A stretch of 64,000 bases of DNA from Natronospirales bacterium (GCA_021792635.1 JAJYUH010000001.1:10515-74514), one strand, 5' to 3'. Numbered from the stretch's first letter, positions 10,473-20,784 are shown. The notes: generated by a model from the sequence alone, not told the origin. Numbers and translations: made by a program.

Positions 10473-13313
10473 ATGCGGCCCATTTTTCACAGTCATCTTG
10501 TAACGCTTGCAGTTCAGATCGCCCTGGCCGCGACCCTGATGCCGGCAGCACGCGCGGATACTTCCGCCGCCGATCAGCCGATCGCGCTTGGCAGGATCAG
10601 CGTCTCCGGCAAGCCGCTGCCCCCCGTCAAACGCCATGAGCCACTGCCGGCGGTGCCCATCCAGGTAATCAGACGGCAGCAGCTTGAGGCGAGCGGCGCC
10701 ACCTCCCTCGGTGATTTTCTGCAGCAACTCACCAGTATGGGTTCGGCGGCCGGCACCGCACAGAATTTCGGTGCCAACGGCGAGACCAACATCAACCTGC
10801 GCAATCTGGGCGCCAAGCGCGTGCTGGTGCTGGTAAACGGCCGGCACTGGACGCCGACGCTGGGCGGCGACGTGGACCTCAACACCATTCCGCTTGCCAT
10901 CGTGGAGCGTATCGAAATTCTCGAGTCCGGCGACTCGGCGCAGTACGGTTCCGGGGCCATCGCCGGGGTGGTGAATGTCATTACCCGGCACGATTTCAAC
11001 GGCAGCGAGGCCAGCGCCTACTTCGGCGAATACGTGGAAGGCGGGGTGCGCGATGGCCAGACTTCCGCTTACAGCTACACCGACGGACATACCAATGACC
11101 GCGGCAGCCTTGTCTTCAACGCCTCTTACTATGACCAGCGTCCGGTACCGGGCGCCGACCGCGCCGTTTCCGCCGTGCCGCGCTACGGCACCGGCATCAC
11201 CCGCGGCAGTTCCGTGACCCCCCAGGGGCGTTTCGAGTTCATCAATCCCGATACCGGCCAGCTCGAAGACCTGACCGTGATCAACGGTACTGCGGGTACG
11301 AGTCCCGCGGATTTCCGCCCGTTCAATCCGGCCGCGGATCTGTTCAACTACGCGCCCTACAATTATCTTTTGACGCCCGCCAAACGCGCCGCGCTGTACA
11401 TGCAGGGCGAGCGGCTGCTCAATGACAACCTCAACCTGCATTACACCGCGTTCTATAACGACAGCCGCTCGGCACAGCAGGTGGGGCCGTCGGAGCTGAG
11501 TATCGGTGCGCAGACGCCCAACCCCATCAGCGTCTCGGCCGGCAATCCGTACAATCCCTTCGGTTTCGATCTTACCGCCACCGGCGCCAACCCCAACCTG
11601 CTGCTGCTGGCGCGTCAGCCGGTGGAGGCCGGCCCTAATGTCTTCACCGAAGACGAACAAACCGCTTATTTCAACACCGGCCTGAACGGCCGCTTCGCCT
11701 TTGTCCGGCGCATCTTTGATTGGTCAGTGGATGGCATCTACAGCCGCTTCGGCAAGACCAACCAGCAGGGGCCGGTCTTCAATCTCGACAACGTGGCGAA
11801 TGCTCTCGGTCCGGTGTCTCAGTGCGGCCCCGGCAGCGGGCATCCGGACTGCGTGCCGCTCAATCTCTTCGGCGGTCAGTTCAACGGCGGCACCATCACA
11901 CCGGCGATGTTGAGTTACATTACCTACACTTCGCAGAACACCTCCGCCAACAGTCTGCGCGATGTCGCCGCACACCTTGGCACCGACCTGCTGCAATTGC
12001 CGGCCGGGCCGCTGCACGCGCAGATATTTTATGAATACCTGTCCCAAGACGGCAGCAGCACGCCGGATCCGCTCGCCGCCGCCGGTGCCAGCAGTCTGGG
12101 CGCGAGTGCGCCCACCTCCGGCGCTTTGCGAGACAACGCGTTTGGACTGTACCTGAAAATCCCGGTGAGCGCCGGTCTCGGACTCGATGCCGCCGCGCGC
12201 CGCGACCGCTACAGCCACTTCGGCTCCGTGAGCAGCAACCTGGCGGCACTGCACTGGCAGATGAATCCGGCTGTGCGCCTGCGCGCGAGCTGGTCCCGGG
12301 ATTTCCGCGCACCTTCCATGAACGAACTTTTCAGTGGCAGTCTTACCGGCGCGGCGAGTCTCACGGACCCTTGCAGCAACTACCCGCAGACCGGCGGCAC
12401 GCTGGCGGCCAATTGCGCGAATGCGGGGGTACCCGCGAGCTACACCCAGGTGAGCCCGGATGTCACCACCGTAAGCGGCGGCAACCCGGCGCTCAGGCCG
12501 GAAACTTCCACTTCGCGTACCGTGGGCGGCGACTTCATGCCTTGGAGTGGATTGCCGCTTACCTTGTCTGCCGACTATTTCAAGATCGAGGTGAACAACG
12601 CCATCAGCCAGTTGAGCCCGCAGAACATTCTCAACGGCTGCTATCTGAGCGGGGTTCCCAATCTGTGCGGCTTCGTGCAGCGCGATGCCTCGGGGGCGAT
12701 CACCCGTCTCACCGACACCAAAGCCAACATCGGTACGCTGCGCACTGCCGGCGTGGACTTCGGCGCGCATTACATTCTGGACACCGCCGACCGTGGTCGC
12801 ATCGAATTCCAGTGGCTCACCACCTGGGTGAAATACTTCACCCAGATCCAGCCCAACCTCGCCAACCCGGCCGCGCCCATCGTGACCCAACTCGCGGGCA
12901 CCGAGACCGGCAACCCCATCGGCGGTTATCCCAGGTTCCGTTCCGAGTTTGATGCCGGTTGGCACTACGGCGCCTGGCAGGTGACCTGGCGCGTGCATTA
13001 TCTGAGCGACCTCACCGAACCCTGCAGCGACGGCCTGGACGGTACGCCCCAGAGCTTCACCAATCTCGGCCTGTGCAGCAACCCGGACTACCGGAACAAT
13101 GCGCTGTCCACCAACCAACTGGGGGCCACCACCTGGCAGGATGTGCAGGTGCAGTGGACGCTGCCGGACAGGCGCACCACGCTCCGCTTCGGCATACTCA
13201 ACATGTTCGACAAGCAGCCGCCCATCGGCCACTCCATGGCGGATAGTTTTGATACAACGTTGTATCCAATTCCGGGGCGTTTCCCATACGTGAGTTTCTC
13301 CCGCAGTTTCTGA
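10473..13313 (+). CDS. TonB-dependent receptor
   Basis: 946 aa with a signal peptide, plug motifs (INLRNLGAKRVLVLVNG; YGSGAIAGVVNVIT) and a terminal beta-strand ending in F. Confidence 0.95.
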   Translation: MRPIFHSHLVTLAVQIALAATLMPAARADTSAADQPIALGRISVSGKPLPPVKRHEPLPAVPIQVIRRQQLEASGATSLGDFLQQLTSMGSAAGTAQNFGANGETNINLRNLGAKRVLVLVNGRHWTPTLGGDVDLNTIPLAIVERIEILESGDSAQYGSGAIAGVVNVITRHDFNGSEASAYFGEYVEGGVRDGQTSAYSYTDGHTNDRGSLVFNASYYDQRPVPGADRAVSAVPRYGTGITRGSSVTPQGRFEFINPDTGQLEDLTVINGTAGTSPADFRPFNPAADLFNYAPYNYLLTPAKRAALYMQGERLLNDNLNLHYTAFYNDSRSAQQVGPSELSIGAQTPNPISVSAGNPYNPFGFDLTATGANPNLLLLARQPVEAGPNVFTEDEQTAYFNTGLNGRFAFVRRIFDWSVDGIYSRFGKTNQQGPVFNLDNVANALGPVSQCGPGSGHPDCVPLNLFGGQFNGGTITPAMLSYITYTSQNTSANSLRDVAAHLGTDLLQLPAGPLHAQIFYEYLSQDGSSTPDPLAAAGASSLGASAPTSGALRDNAFGLYLKIPVSAGLGLDAAARRDRYSHFGSVSSNLAALHWQMNPAVRLRASWSRDFRAPSMNELFSGSLTGAASLTDPCSNYPQTGGTLAANCANAGVPASYTQVSPDVTTVSGGNPALRPETSTSRTVGGDFMPWSGLPLTLSADYFKIEVNNAISQLSPQNILNGCYLSGVPNLCGFVQRDASGAITRLTDTKANIGTLRTAGVDFGAHYILDTADRGRIEFQWLTTWVKYFTQIQPNLANPAAPIVTQLAGTETGNPIGGYPRFRSEFDAGWHYGAWQVTWRVHYLSDLTEPCSDGLDGTPQSFTNLGLCSNPDYRNNALSTNQLGATTWQDVQVQWTLPDRRTTLRFGILNMFDKQPPIGHSMADSFDTTLYPIPGRFPYVSFSRSF

Positions 13314-13354
13314 TTATTTTCCGCTCGTCGTTTCCTGCGGCGCGGATGGCTCAG

Positions 13355-13410
13355 CCTGCGTAATACCCGCGCAGGCAGGGTAATCTGTGGGAGCGGCCGA
13401 CCCGGCCGCG
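13355..13410. repeat. REP-like palindromic elements
   Basis: ATACCC-GCGCAGGCA-GGGTAAT and TGTGGGAGCGGCC-GACCC-GGCCGC hairpins sit between convergent genes. A looser GTGGGAGA..TCTCCC hairpin occurs near 41873. Confidence 0.35.
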
Positions 13411-13484
13411 GGGATCCGTGGGAGAGAAATTGCGGCGAGTATCACCCGCCTGCATCCGTCCAGGAAGTAAAAGTTGTCCGGTCT

Positions 13485-14330
13485 TTACGGCAAGAGTCCC
13501 CGATTTCTCGCTGCAACGATCAATACTGCCGGAATATACAGTGCGAAAAGTAACACACACAATAAGACGAAATCGTGCTTGTGGAGACCCATCACTATGC
13601 CGGAAAGTATCCCCCAAACCAGCCACACGCCTGCGGCAACAAATGACTCTGTCCGAATGTATTTCGCGTGATTTATCCGATTTTCCAGCGCGGCATCTTT
13701 CTCATTCCCTGAAACAAAAAGAGAAAGAGCCTGCCGATTACCCAGGCCAACAAGCATACGCGCAAATCCTACCAGCATGTTCCATAGCAATCGGATGCTT
13801 CCTCCCGTAAACGAGTCTTTTTTTCCTATTAGCCCCACCCGGGTAATGATATGCAGCATGGTGCCCAATCCGGCCATAAGGCAGATGGCCCAAATGCTCC
13901 AAATCCCATAGACAACAATCACCGGAACAGGTATCCCGGCATGAGCGAGATAGATCCAAGAAAACACTGCAACAAGATAAGAAATACCCCCGATCAGCTG
14001 CCATTTCCGTGTGTTTTTTCTTCGCAGTAATTTTGGAGAGGCGTCCGGCTTTTGATGAGCTCCGGCAGGTGATGTCGTCCCTATCCGGACTGCGGTAACG
14101 ATTAGCACCAAGGCTGCGGCTAGATACAGGTCGGCGACAATTTCGTTATGGAGGTGATTGCCCCACGCAACCATAACCAACACCACCGCTAAAAGCAGGA
14201 TCGCAATCGCGCCCCTGCGCCCCATTGCCGGACCGCGAGTAAGGACACACAGCCTTATAAAGGCGATGCAAACAACCAGCAGAGTAAACATACCGGCAAG
14301 TAATCCGCGATTATCCGCAAAGATGGTCAT
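13485..14330 (-). CDS. Orphan polytopic membrane protein (about 7 TM)
   Basis: GAAGGA RBS before MTIFADNRG; many hydrophobic segments; visibly AT-richer than the flanks. Confidence 0.7.
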   Translation of the reverse strand: MTIFADNRGLLAGMFTLLVVCIAFIRLCVLTRGPAMGRRGAIAILLLAVVLVMVAWGNHLHNEIVADLYLAAALVLIVTAVRIGTTSPAGAHQKPDASPKLLRRKNTRKWQLIGGISYLVAVFSWIYLAHAGIPVPVIVVYGIWSIWAICLMAGLGTMLHIITRVGLIGKKDSFTGGSIRLLWNMLVGFARMLVGLGNRQALSLFVSGNEKDAALENRINHAKYIRTESFVAAGVWLVWGILSGIVMGLHKHDFVLLCVLLFALYIPAVLIVAARNRGLLP

Positions 14331-14490
14331 GGTTATCTTTCCTTCACGACAAATGCTTTTCAATGCGCACTAAAAACAATAGTGCCGCGTCACTCGTGAC
14401 CTGCCTGCGGCAGGCAGCCTTCGCACCACGCGGACGCGGTGCTACGGCCGCTAGGGCATCCCTTGGCTTTTCGCCTCGCGCTTCCCTGGC

Positions 14491-15243
14491 TCATTGACAC
14501 TGAGTCACTGTATTTATGAGCATGGCTGTTCCGTAAACGTTGGCAAAGTCGAGAGAAAATAAAGTGGTCGCGGGATCAAAGAAAGCAACAATAAGTGCTG
14601 CATCTCCGGCTGCAAAAGCCCCACACGTCAAGGCCCGATCGAATGAGATATTCGGACGGATGGTCGAGGAGGTGATGCTCGATGAACTGGTGGTCAGATA
14701 CTGTGACCAAAACGATGACGGGATTGCATCCATGGCAGAAAAGAAGTCTGGATCGGCATTGATGATCTCCTGGCGCAGGCGTGTCAATGCCGTGGCATCG
14801 CCCGCTAGCAGGGCACCACTCGCGGAGAATATAAAGGTGCCACTATCCGAAGTGGGCGAGTATTGAGCGTAAAGCTGAAAGGCAGCCGAACCATTGTAGG
14901 TAATCGGCGTTAATTCCAGCAGGGAATCCGTTAAATTGACTACCGTAGTCTTTATCCCGTTGGTAACGCTGAATGTTGCAGGTATCTACGGATAACCTTG
15001 GACAATCGTTTGATAATTGATTGTTTCGCTACTTGTATTGATTGCACCATTTACATTGCCCTAGTTGTAGGCTGCATTTAGCTGTACAGGTGGATTCGGA
15101 TTCGGCGGATTGCAGCTGCTGGGCGAAAGTGATCCCGGCTTGCCAACCACAAACGGCTGGCAGATGGCATACGCCTGACCGATGCCGCCGATCAGCAGAG
15201 AGACGAATACAAGCATTAGCGGTATAACGGGGTTGATCTTCAT
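14491..15243 (-). pseudogene. Secreted protein (250 codons) interrupted by two in-frame TAG codons: pseudogene or amber-readthrough gene
   Basis: AGGAGG RBS and a signal peptide ending AYA. One continuous frame runs to TGA at 14491-14493, with TAG at 15061-15063 and 14986-14988 and no frameshift. It joins track ORFs 15061-15243 and 14491-14787. Confidence 0.75.
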
Positions 15244-15615
15244 TGAGAAGCCCTCCTGGTAATAGCCGGCGCCTTGCGATGGCGTAGGTATCAGTTGGTG
15301 TAGACCTGCAATCGCGACTTGTCAAGGCGACCTTGAAGTAGACTGTGACATTGTCAGTGACGCGTGGTTGTCTCAATAGGAACTTGTGATGGATAGCAGG
15401 TGTGCTGGGATAAAAGCATGGTTAGACGTGATGAACTGCAGTCAATGACAAAGGCTTGCATCAGAGGTTCCAGTTCCTCATGACAGGCGATTTGCATTCG
15501 GCGCGACTTCCGCTTTAAGGTGTTGCTTGTGAACGAAGTCGCCGGTTACTTTCACCTCCGTATTGATCTGTCCCCACTGCGGCAGGGGCTGTTGCTGACG
15601 CAACTGAGAACCGGA

Positions 15616-16572
15616 TTAAAACCGGAACACCAAAAAATACATCAGCAGTGTATTCACCGCCAGCAGCACCAGGCCGGTGGGTACCTGAACCCGGACGACG
15701 CCGTTCTTGTCGGGCAGTTCCAAGAGCGCCACCGGCACGATGTTGAAGTTGGCGGCCATGGGCGTCATGAGCGTGCCGCAGTAGCCGGACAGCATCCCCA
15801 CCGCAGCCATGATAGCCGGATCTCCGCCGAGTTTGTGCACGATGAGCGGCAGACCGATGCCCGCGGTCATCACCGGGAAAGCGGCGAAAGCATTCCCCAT
15901 GATCATGGTGAACAGCGCCATGCCCAGCGTGTAGGCCGTGACCACCCAGAAGGCATCATTGACCGGGATAAAGCGGCCCACCAGAGCAGAGACCACCTGA
16001 CCCACACCCGCGGCGGCGAACAGTGCGCCCAGCGCCGCCAGCAGTTGCGGCAGCACCGCCACCGTGCCCACCGCCGTCAAAAGCCGGCGGCCTTCGTGCA
16101 AGGAGGTGACGAAGCGCTGGCGGAACAGCCACAGCGCCGCAACCAGCGCCACAATCACCGACAAACCCAGCGAGATCAGGGTGGCGTCTTTGGCCGCCGC
16201 CAATGCCTGGCCGTTTATCGCGATCTTTGGCAGCAGCAGGGTGCCGAGGAACGTCACCAACGGAATGCACAGCGCCGGGATGAAAAGTTTATCCCGCAGG
16301 CGCGCGGCGCTCTGGCGCCGCTCCGCTTCCGTCGTGGTTTTCACTTTGCTGGCACCCAGGTCTTTCCAGCCGGTCACCAACACCATCAGGATCACCAGAC
16401 AGCCGGTTGCAAAAGGTGGCAGCACCGATCCGAACAGGAAGGTGATGCCATAGATGCCCCAGAATGCGGTTTTGCGGTAGCGTTTGGGGTTGGCGCGGTC
16501 GAGAAACTCGAGCACGGCCACCGTTAAGAACAGCAGACCGCCGAGCGCGTAGATGAATTCCAGCCGGATCAT
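15616..16572 (-). CDS. DUF979 family membrane protein (putative 5-oxoproline transporter subunit)
   Basis: PQLLAALGALF, FTMIMGNAFAAFPVMTAGIG and GYCGTLMTPMAANFNIVP motifs; ATGA-coupled to DUF969. Confidence 0.92.
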   Translation of the reverse strand: MIRLEFIYALGGLLFLTVAVLEFLDRANPKRYRKTAFWGIYGITFLFGSVLPPFATGCLVILMVLVTGWKDLGASKVKTTTEAERRQSAARLRDKLFIPALCIPLVTFLGTLLLPKIAINGQALAAAKDATLISLGLSVIVALVAALWLFRQRFVTSLHEGRRLLTAVGTVAVLPQLLAALGALFAAAGVGQVVSALVGRFIPVNDAFWVVTAYTLGMALFTMIMGNAFAAFPVMTAGIGLPLIVHKLGGDPAIMAAVGMLSGYCGTLMTPMAANFNIVPVALLELPDKNGVVRVQVPTGLVLLAVNTLLMYFLVFRF

Positions 16573-17246
16573 GTTTTGCGATCCTTGAATTGTTTGTTCA
16601 AGCGGCGATCCAATAGCAACAGGCGCGCACCGTGGATGATGAATACCGCGATGGCGGTGGGGATGGCCCACAGGGCGATATGCAGCGGCGTGAGACGAAT
16701 GCCGTTTTCGTCCAGAAATCCCTTGATCAGCAGCACCGATCCCATGGCAAGGAAGATGTCCTCGCCGAAGAACACACCCACGTTATCCACAGCGGCGGCG
16801 TGGGCCAGGATCAGATAGCGGGTTTTATCCGGCAATTCGCCGAAGCGCGCTTCCGCCGCGGCTTCCGCCATGGGTGCGATCAGCGGCCGCACCATCTGCG
16901 CCTGACCGCCGAGAGACGTCAGTCCGATACTGGCGGTGAGCTGGCGGATGGCGAGATACAGCAGCAGCACGCGACCGGTGGTGGCGGATTGGATGCGACT
17001 AATAAGTTCCTGGGCGCGTTCCTTGAGGCCGCTGCGCTCCAGCAGACCGATCACCGGCAGCGTCAGCCACACCAGCCCCACGTAACGGTTCTCGGTGAAC
17101 GCACGGCCGAAGTCGCTGACGATCGCGACCGGACTCAGACCGCCCGCAACTCCGGTAGCGATGCCCGCCACCGTCACCACCAGCAGCGGATTCACCCGCA
17201 ATGCGAAGCCGATGATGACGATGAGGACGCCGATGAGTGTGAGCAT
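16569..17246 (-). CDS. DUF969 family membrane protein
   Basis: LPVIGLLERSGLKE, LGGQAQMVRPLIAPM and DNVGVFFGEDIF motifs. Confidence 0.92.
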   Translation of the reverse strand: MLTLIGVLIVIIGFALRVNPLLVVTVAGIATGVAGGLSPVAIVSDFGRAFTENRYVGLVWLTLPVIGLLERSGLKERAQELISRIQSATTGRVLLLYLAIRQLTASIGLTSLGGQAQMVRPLIAPMAEAAAEARFGELPDKTRYLILAHAAAVDNVGVFFGEDIFLAMGSVLLIKGFLDENGIRLTPLHIALWAIPTAIAVFIIHGARLLLLDRRLNKQFKDRKT

Positions 17247-17417
17247 GCTACTGCCTTGAACATGAATGACGCGGAAGCCCGGGCCGGCATTATGTGGAAC
17301 TGGATTCACGCTGGCAAACAGCTGGCGCAGAGCGCTTGTCGGCATGACGGCTCCGTGGGAGTATCCAGTGGGGTTTTGGACCGCCCGGCATGCCCGCAAT
17401 ACACCTGGGGAGGCGTT

Positions 17418-18224
17418 ATGGATACGGTTGATGACGAATCTGTGGTGGAGCAAGCGCATTTTTTCGCGGTGAATGAGCGCATTGGCAGGCTGCGTTATCT
17501 GGCCTATGAAATGGGACTGGGCCTGCTAATGATCTTGCCGCTGATTTTTGGGGTTGCGCTGACATTGAAGGGGATGCCATTGCTGGGAAAGGCGATCGCG
17601 TATGGCTGTTATGCGGCTGCGTGGGTAATGGGCACTCTCTTCACTGTTCGTCGCCTGCATGACATGGACGCCAGCGGCTGGTGGGCGCTTCTGATCCCTG
17701 TCCCCATCGCCGATCTGATTCTGGCGCTGGTCTTGATTTTCCGTCCGGGTACGGACTCCGTGAATCGCTTCGGCCAGCCACCGTCACCCAACACCGGCTG
17801 GGTGATTGCCGGAGCACTCGCCTATCCGGCACTCATCATCGTGGGTTGCACCACTGCCATTTTTACCCCTCTGTACCGGGATCATGTGGTGCGCGCACAG
17901 GTAGCCGCAAGCTTCCAAAGCATTTATATGCTGGAAAACGAAGTGATCGCGTACTACAAGGTCAACGGCAAATGGCCGACTAAAGACGAAGATATCCGGT
18001 TACCATTGCCGTCGCCTGGCGGCATTATCCAATCCATCGGCATCGAGCGGGATGGCGGCATCCATCTCATCTACGGTCGGCCATACCAGTTAAGCGGTAA
18101 GTCGGTTTATGTGATGCACTATGCAAACGCGGATGGCACTTTCATCTGGGGGTGCTCCACTAATGTGGATGATAAATACTTGAGCGGAAAAGCGCGGGCG
18201 AACTGCGCACCACTGATTAAATAG
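17418..18224 (+). CDS. DUF805 domain fused to a pilin-like C-terminal domain
   Basis: GGAGG RBS; RIGRLRY..VRRLHDMDASGWWALL..PGT..VNRFGQPP (DUF805), then Y.D...RAQV....YY..NGKWP (pilin-like). Confidence 0.8.
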   Translation: MDTVDDESVVEQAHFFAVNERIGRLRYLAYEMGLGLLMILPLIFGVALTLKGMPLLGKAIAYGCYAAAWVMGTLFTVRRLHDMDASGWWALLIPVPIADLILALVLIFRPGTDSVNRFGQPPSPNTGWVIAGALAYPALIIVGCTTAIFTPLYRDHVVRAQVAASFQSIYMLENEVIAYYKVNGKWPTKDEDIRLPLPSPGGIIQSIGIERDGGIHLIYGRPYQLSGKSVYVMHYANADGTFIWGCSTNVDDKYLSGKARANCAPLIK

Positions 18225-18243
18225 CATTGCTCGGAACAGATTC

Positions 18244-18839
18244 ATGCCGGTGACAGTGAGACTTGTGCCCGGCGGCACAACATCCAAAGTCGCAGAACAT
18301 GAAACCGTGCTCGCCGCGGCGCTGCGCCAGGGAATCCACCTGCCTTACGGCTGCCACGGCGGCAGTTGCGCCCAGTGCCGGGCGCGAATGGTGGCGGGCG
18401 AGGTCGCGTATCCCGACGGCCTGCCGCTCGCGCTCGCGGCACCGGACCTGAACCGCGGCGAGGCGCTGCTGTGCCGCGCAGTGATCTCATCATCGAGGCA
18501 CAGGAAATCACCGCCATCACCGGTCTCAGGGTCAGAACTCTGCCCTGCCGGGTGGTGTGACTCGAACGGCTGGCCCACGATGTGATGGCGCTTCATCTGC
18601 GGCTGCCTGCGGTGGAGTCACTGGAATTTCTTCCGGGCCAGTATCTCGACGTGCTGTTACCGGACGGACACTGCCGTAGCTTTTCCATCGCCGGTCCACC
18701 GCATGACAGCCACCTGCTGGAATTGCACGTGCGCCACCTGCCCGCCGGGGGTGCCGACGCGGAACGGCTGTACTACGGCCCCTGCGACTGCGCACCCGAG
18801 GTGTGCACCGCTCGCGGCGAGAGCGCCGCAGCGTCCTGA
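18244..18839 (+). pseudogene. Decayed 2Fe-2S ferredoxin/flavin reductase (CDP-6-deoxy-delta-3,4-glucoseen reductase-like)
   Basis: LPYGCHGGSCAQC...LLC 2Fe-2S motif and FLPGQY..RSFSIA. It has a frameshift near 18480, a TGA at about 18557 and lacks the NAD-binding domain. Confidence 0.8.
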
Positions 18840-18957
18840 AGCAGCCCGCGCCTTCGGGTATCATAAACGCCCTTGAAATAGCCCCGGCCGGAAAATCTGT
18901 GCAAATCAAGAATGTTTTGCCCGCGCCCGTGTTGACCCGCGCGGCGCGGAGAATCCC

Positions 18958-20121
18958 GTGAAATCCCTCAATTCCCTCGACCTCTACGACGTTCGCGGCC
19001 TGCTGAGCGAGGACGAGCAGATGGTGCAGGACAGCGTCGCGCGCTTCGTGGATGACAAGGTGCTGCCCATCATCGGCGAATGCTTCGAGCAGGCGCGCTT
19101 CCCCAAGGACCTGATTCCCGAGATTGCGTCTCTTGGCCTGCTGGGCAGTTCCATCCAGGGCTACGGCTGCGCCGGACTGAGCGGCGTCGCCTACGGGCTC
19201 ATCTGCCAGGAACTGGAGCGCGGCGATTCCGGTCTGCGCAGCTTCGTCTCCGTGCAATCGTCCCTGGTGATGTATCCGATCTACAGCTACGGCTCCGCGG
19301 AGCAGAAACAGCGCTGGCTGCCGGCCATGGCGAAGGGCGAGGCCATCGGCTGCTTCGGCCTGACCGAACCTCACGGCGGTTCCGATCCGTCCAACATGAA
19401 GACGGTGGCGAAGAAGAAAGGCGGTGACTGGGTATTGAACGGCGCCAAGATGTGGATCACCAACGGCAGCATCGCCGATGTGGCGGTGGTGTGGGCCAAG
19501 ACCGAGGACGGCATCCGCGGTTTCCTGGTGGAGAAGGGCATGCAGGGTTTCGACGCGCCGGAAGTGCACCACAAGATGTCACTGCGCGCATCCGTCACCT
19601 CGGCGCTGTATTTCGACAACGTGCGCGTGCCGGAAGCTAATGTGCTGCCCAAGGTCAAAGGGCTGAAGGGACCGCTGTCCTGTCTGACGCAGGCGCGCTA
19701 CGGCATCAGCTGGGGCGTCATCGGTGCGGCGCAAGCGTGCCTGAAGGAAGTGTTGGGCTACACTCAGACCCGCGAGCTCTTTGGCCGGCCGCTGAACCAC
19801 AACCAGGCGGTGCAACTGCGTCTGGCGGAAATGGCGCGCCAGATTACGCTGGCGCAACTGCTGTCACTGCAACTCGGCCGCTTGAAGGACAAGGGCGAGA
19901 TGCAGCCCGGACAGGTATCGCTGGCCAAATGGAACAACGTGCGCATGGCACTCAATATCGCCCGGGACGCGCGCGACCTTTTGGGCGGTGCCGGCATCAC
20001 CACCGAGTTCTGTCCGATCCGCCACGCGCTCAACCTCGAGAGCGTCATTACCTATGAGGGCACCGAGACGGTGCATCAACTGGTGATCGGCAAGGAAATT
20101 ACCGGCGTGGATGCGTTTTAA
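18958..20121 (+). CDS. Acyl-CoA dehydrogenase (glutaryl-CoA dehydrogenase-like)
   Basis: ELERGDSGLRSFVSVQSSL, GCFGLTEP.GSDP, KMWITNG and TYEGT motifs. Confidence 0.92.
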   Translation: MKSLNSLDLYDVRGLLSEDEQMVQDSVARFVDDKVLPIIGECFEQARFPKDLIPEIASLGLLGSSIQGYGCAGLSGVAYGLICQELERGDSGLRSFVSVQSSLVMYPIYSYGSAEQKQRWLPAMAKGEAIGCFGLTEPHGGSDPSNMKTVAKKKGGDWVLNGAKMWITNGSIADVAVVWAKTEDGIRGFLVEKGMQGFDAPEVHHKMSLRASVTSALYFDNVRVPEANVLPKVKGLKGPLSCLTQARYGISWGVIGAAQACLKEVLGYTQTRELFGRPLNHNQAVQLRLAEMARQITLAQLLSLQLGRLKDKGEMQPGQVSLAKWNNVRMALNIARDARDLLGGAGITTEFCPIRHALNLESVITYEGTETVHQLVIGKEITGVDAF

Positions 20122-20126
20122 ATGAG

Positions 20127-20736
20127 CCGCCCGGGACATCCCCGGCATCGTGGTGGCTTGTCCTTCCAGCGGCGATGACGCCGCCATGGTGCTGCGCACC
20201 TGCGCGGCACTTGCGAAAGTGGACGGGCGTGTGGTGGTGTTTCTGGAACCCATCGCCCTCTATATGACCAAGGATTTGTACGAGCCCAAGGACAACCAAT
20301 GGCTGTTCGACTATCCGGCGTCGGAGCGTGCCGTTCCCCTGGGTGAAGGCCGCATCTATAACCCGAATGCCAAAGATCTGCTCATCATCACCTTCGGCAA
20401 TGGCGTGCCCATGTCATTGCGCGTGGCGAAGAAACTCGAAGCGGAAACCGGCAAGAAATCCGCGTGCTGGACCTGCGTTGGCTCAAACCGTTGAATGCCG
20501 AACTCATCACCAAACATGCGAAAGAATGCGGCAAGGTGCTGGTGGTGGACGAGGGCCGGCAAACCGGCGGTATTTCAGAAGAGATATTCACGGCCATTGA
20601 CGAGCACGCCGGGTCTAGCATTGTCAAAAAGCGGGTAACAGGCAAGGACTCTTATATTCCGCTGGCGGCTGCGGCCAATCTGGTGCTGGTGAGTGAGCAG
20701 GATATATATAAAGCCACAGAAGACCAGTTACTGTGA
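20127..20736 (+). pseudogene. C-terminal remnant of a 2-oxoacid dehydrogenase E1 beta (transketolase-C) domain
   Basis: RDIPGIVVACPS..VFLEPIALY and VLDLRWLKPL..VDEGR. There is no start or N-terminal domain, and a one-base frameshift sits in the A-run near 20457. Confidence 0.75.
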
Positions 20737-20784
20737 AATTGGCAATGCCATAAACGGCTACGGCTATGGACTGCGCCATCTCCA

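Noticed and set aside
14540-14866. Plus-strand 108-aa ORF
   Set aside because: It is antisense to the TAG-interrupted secreted-protein frame, which has the RBS and signal peptide.
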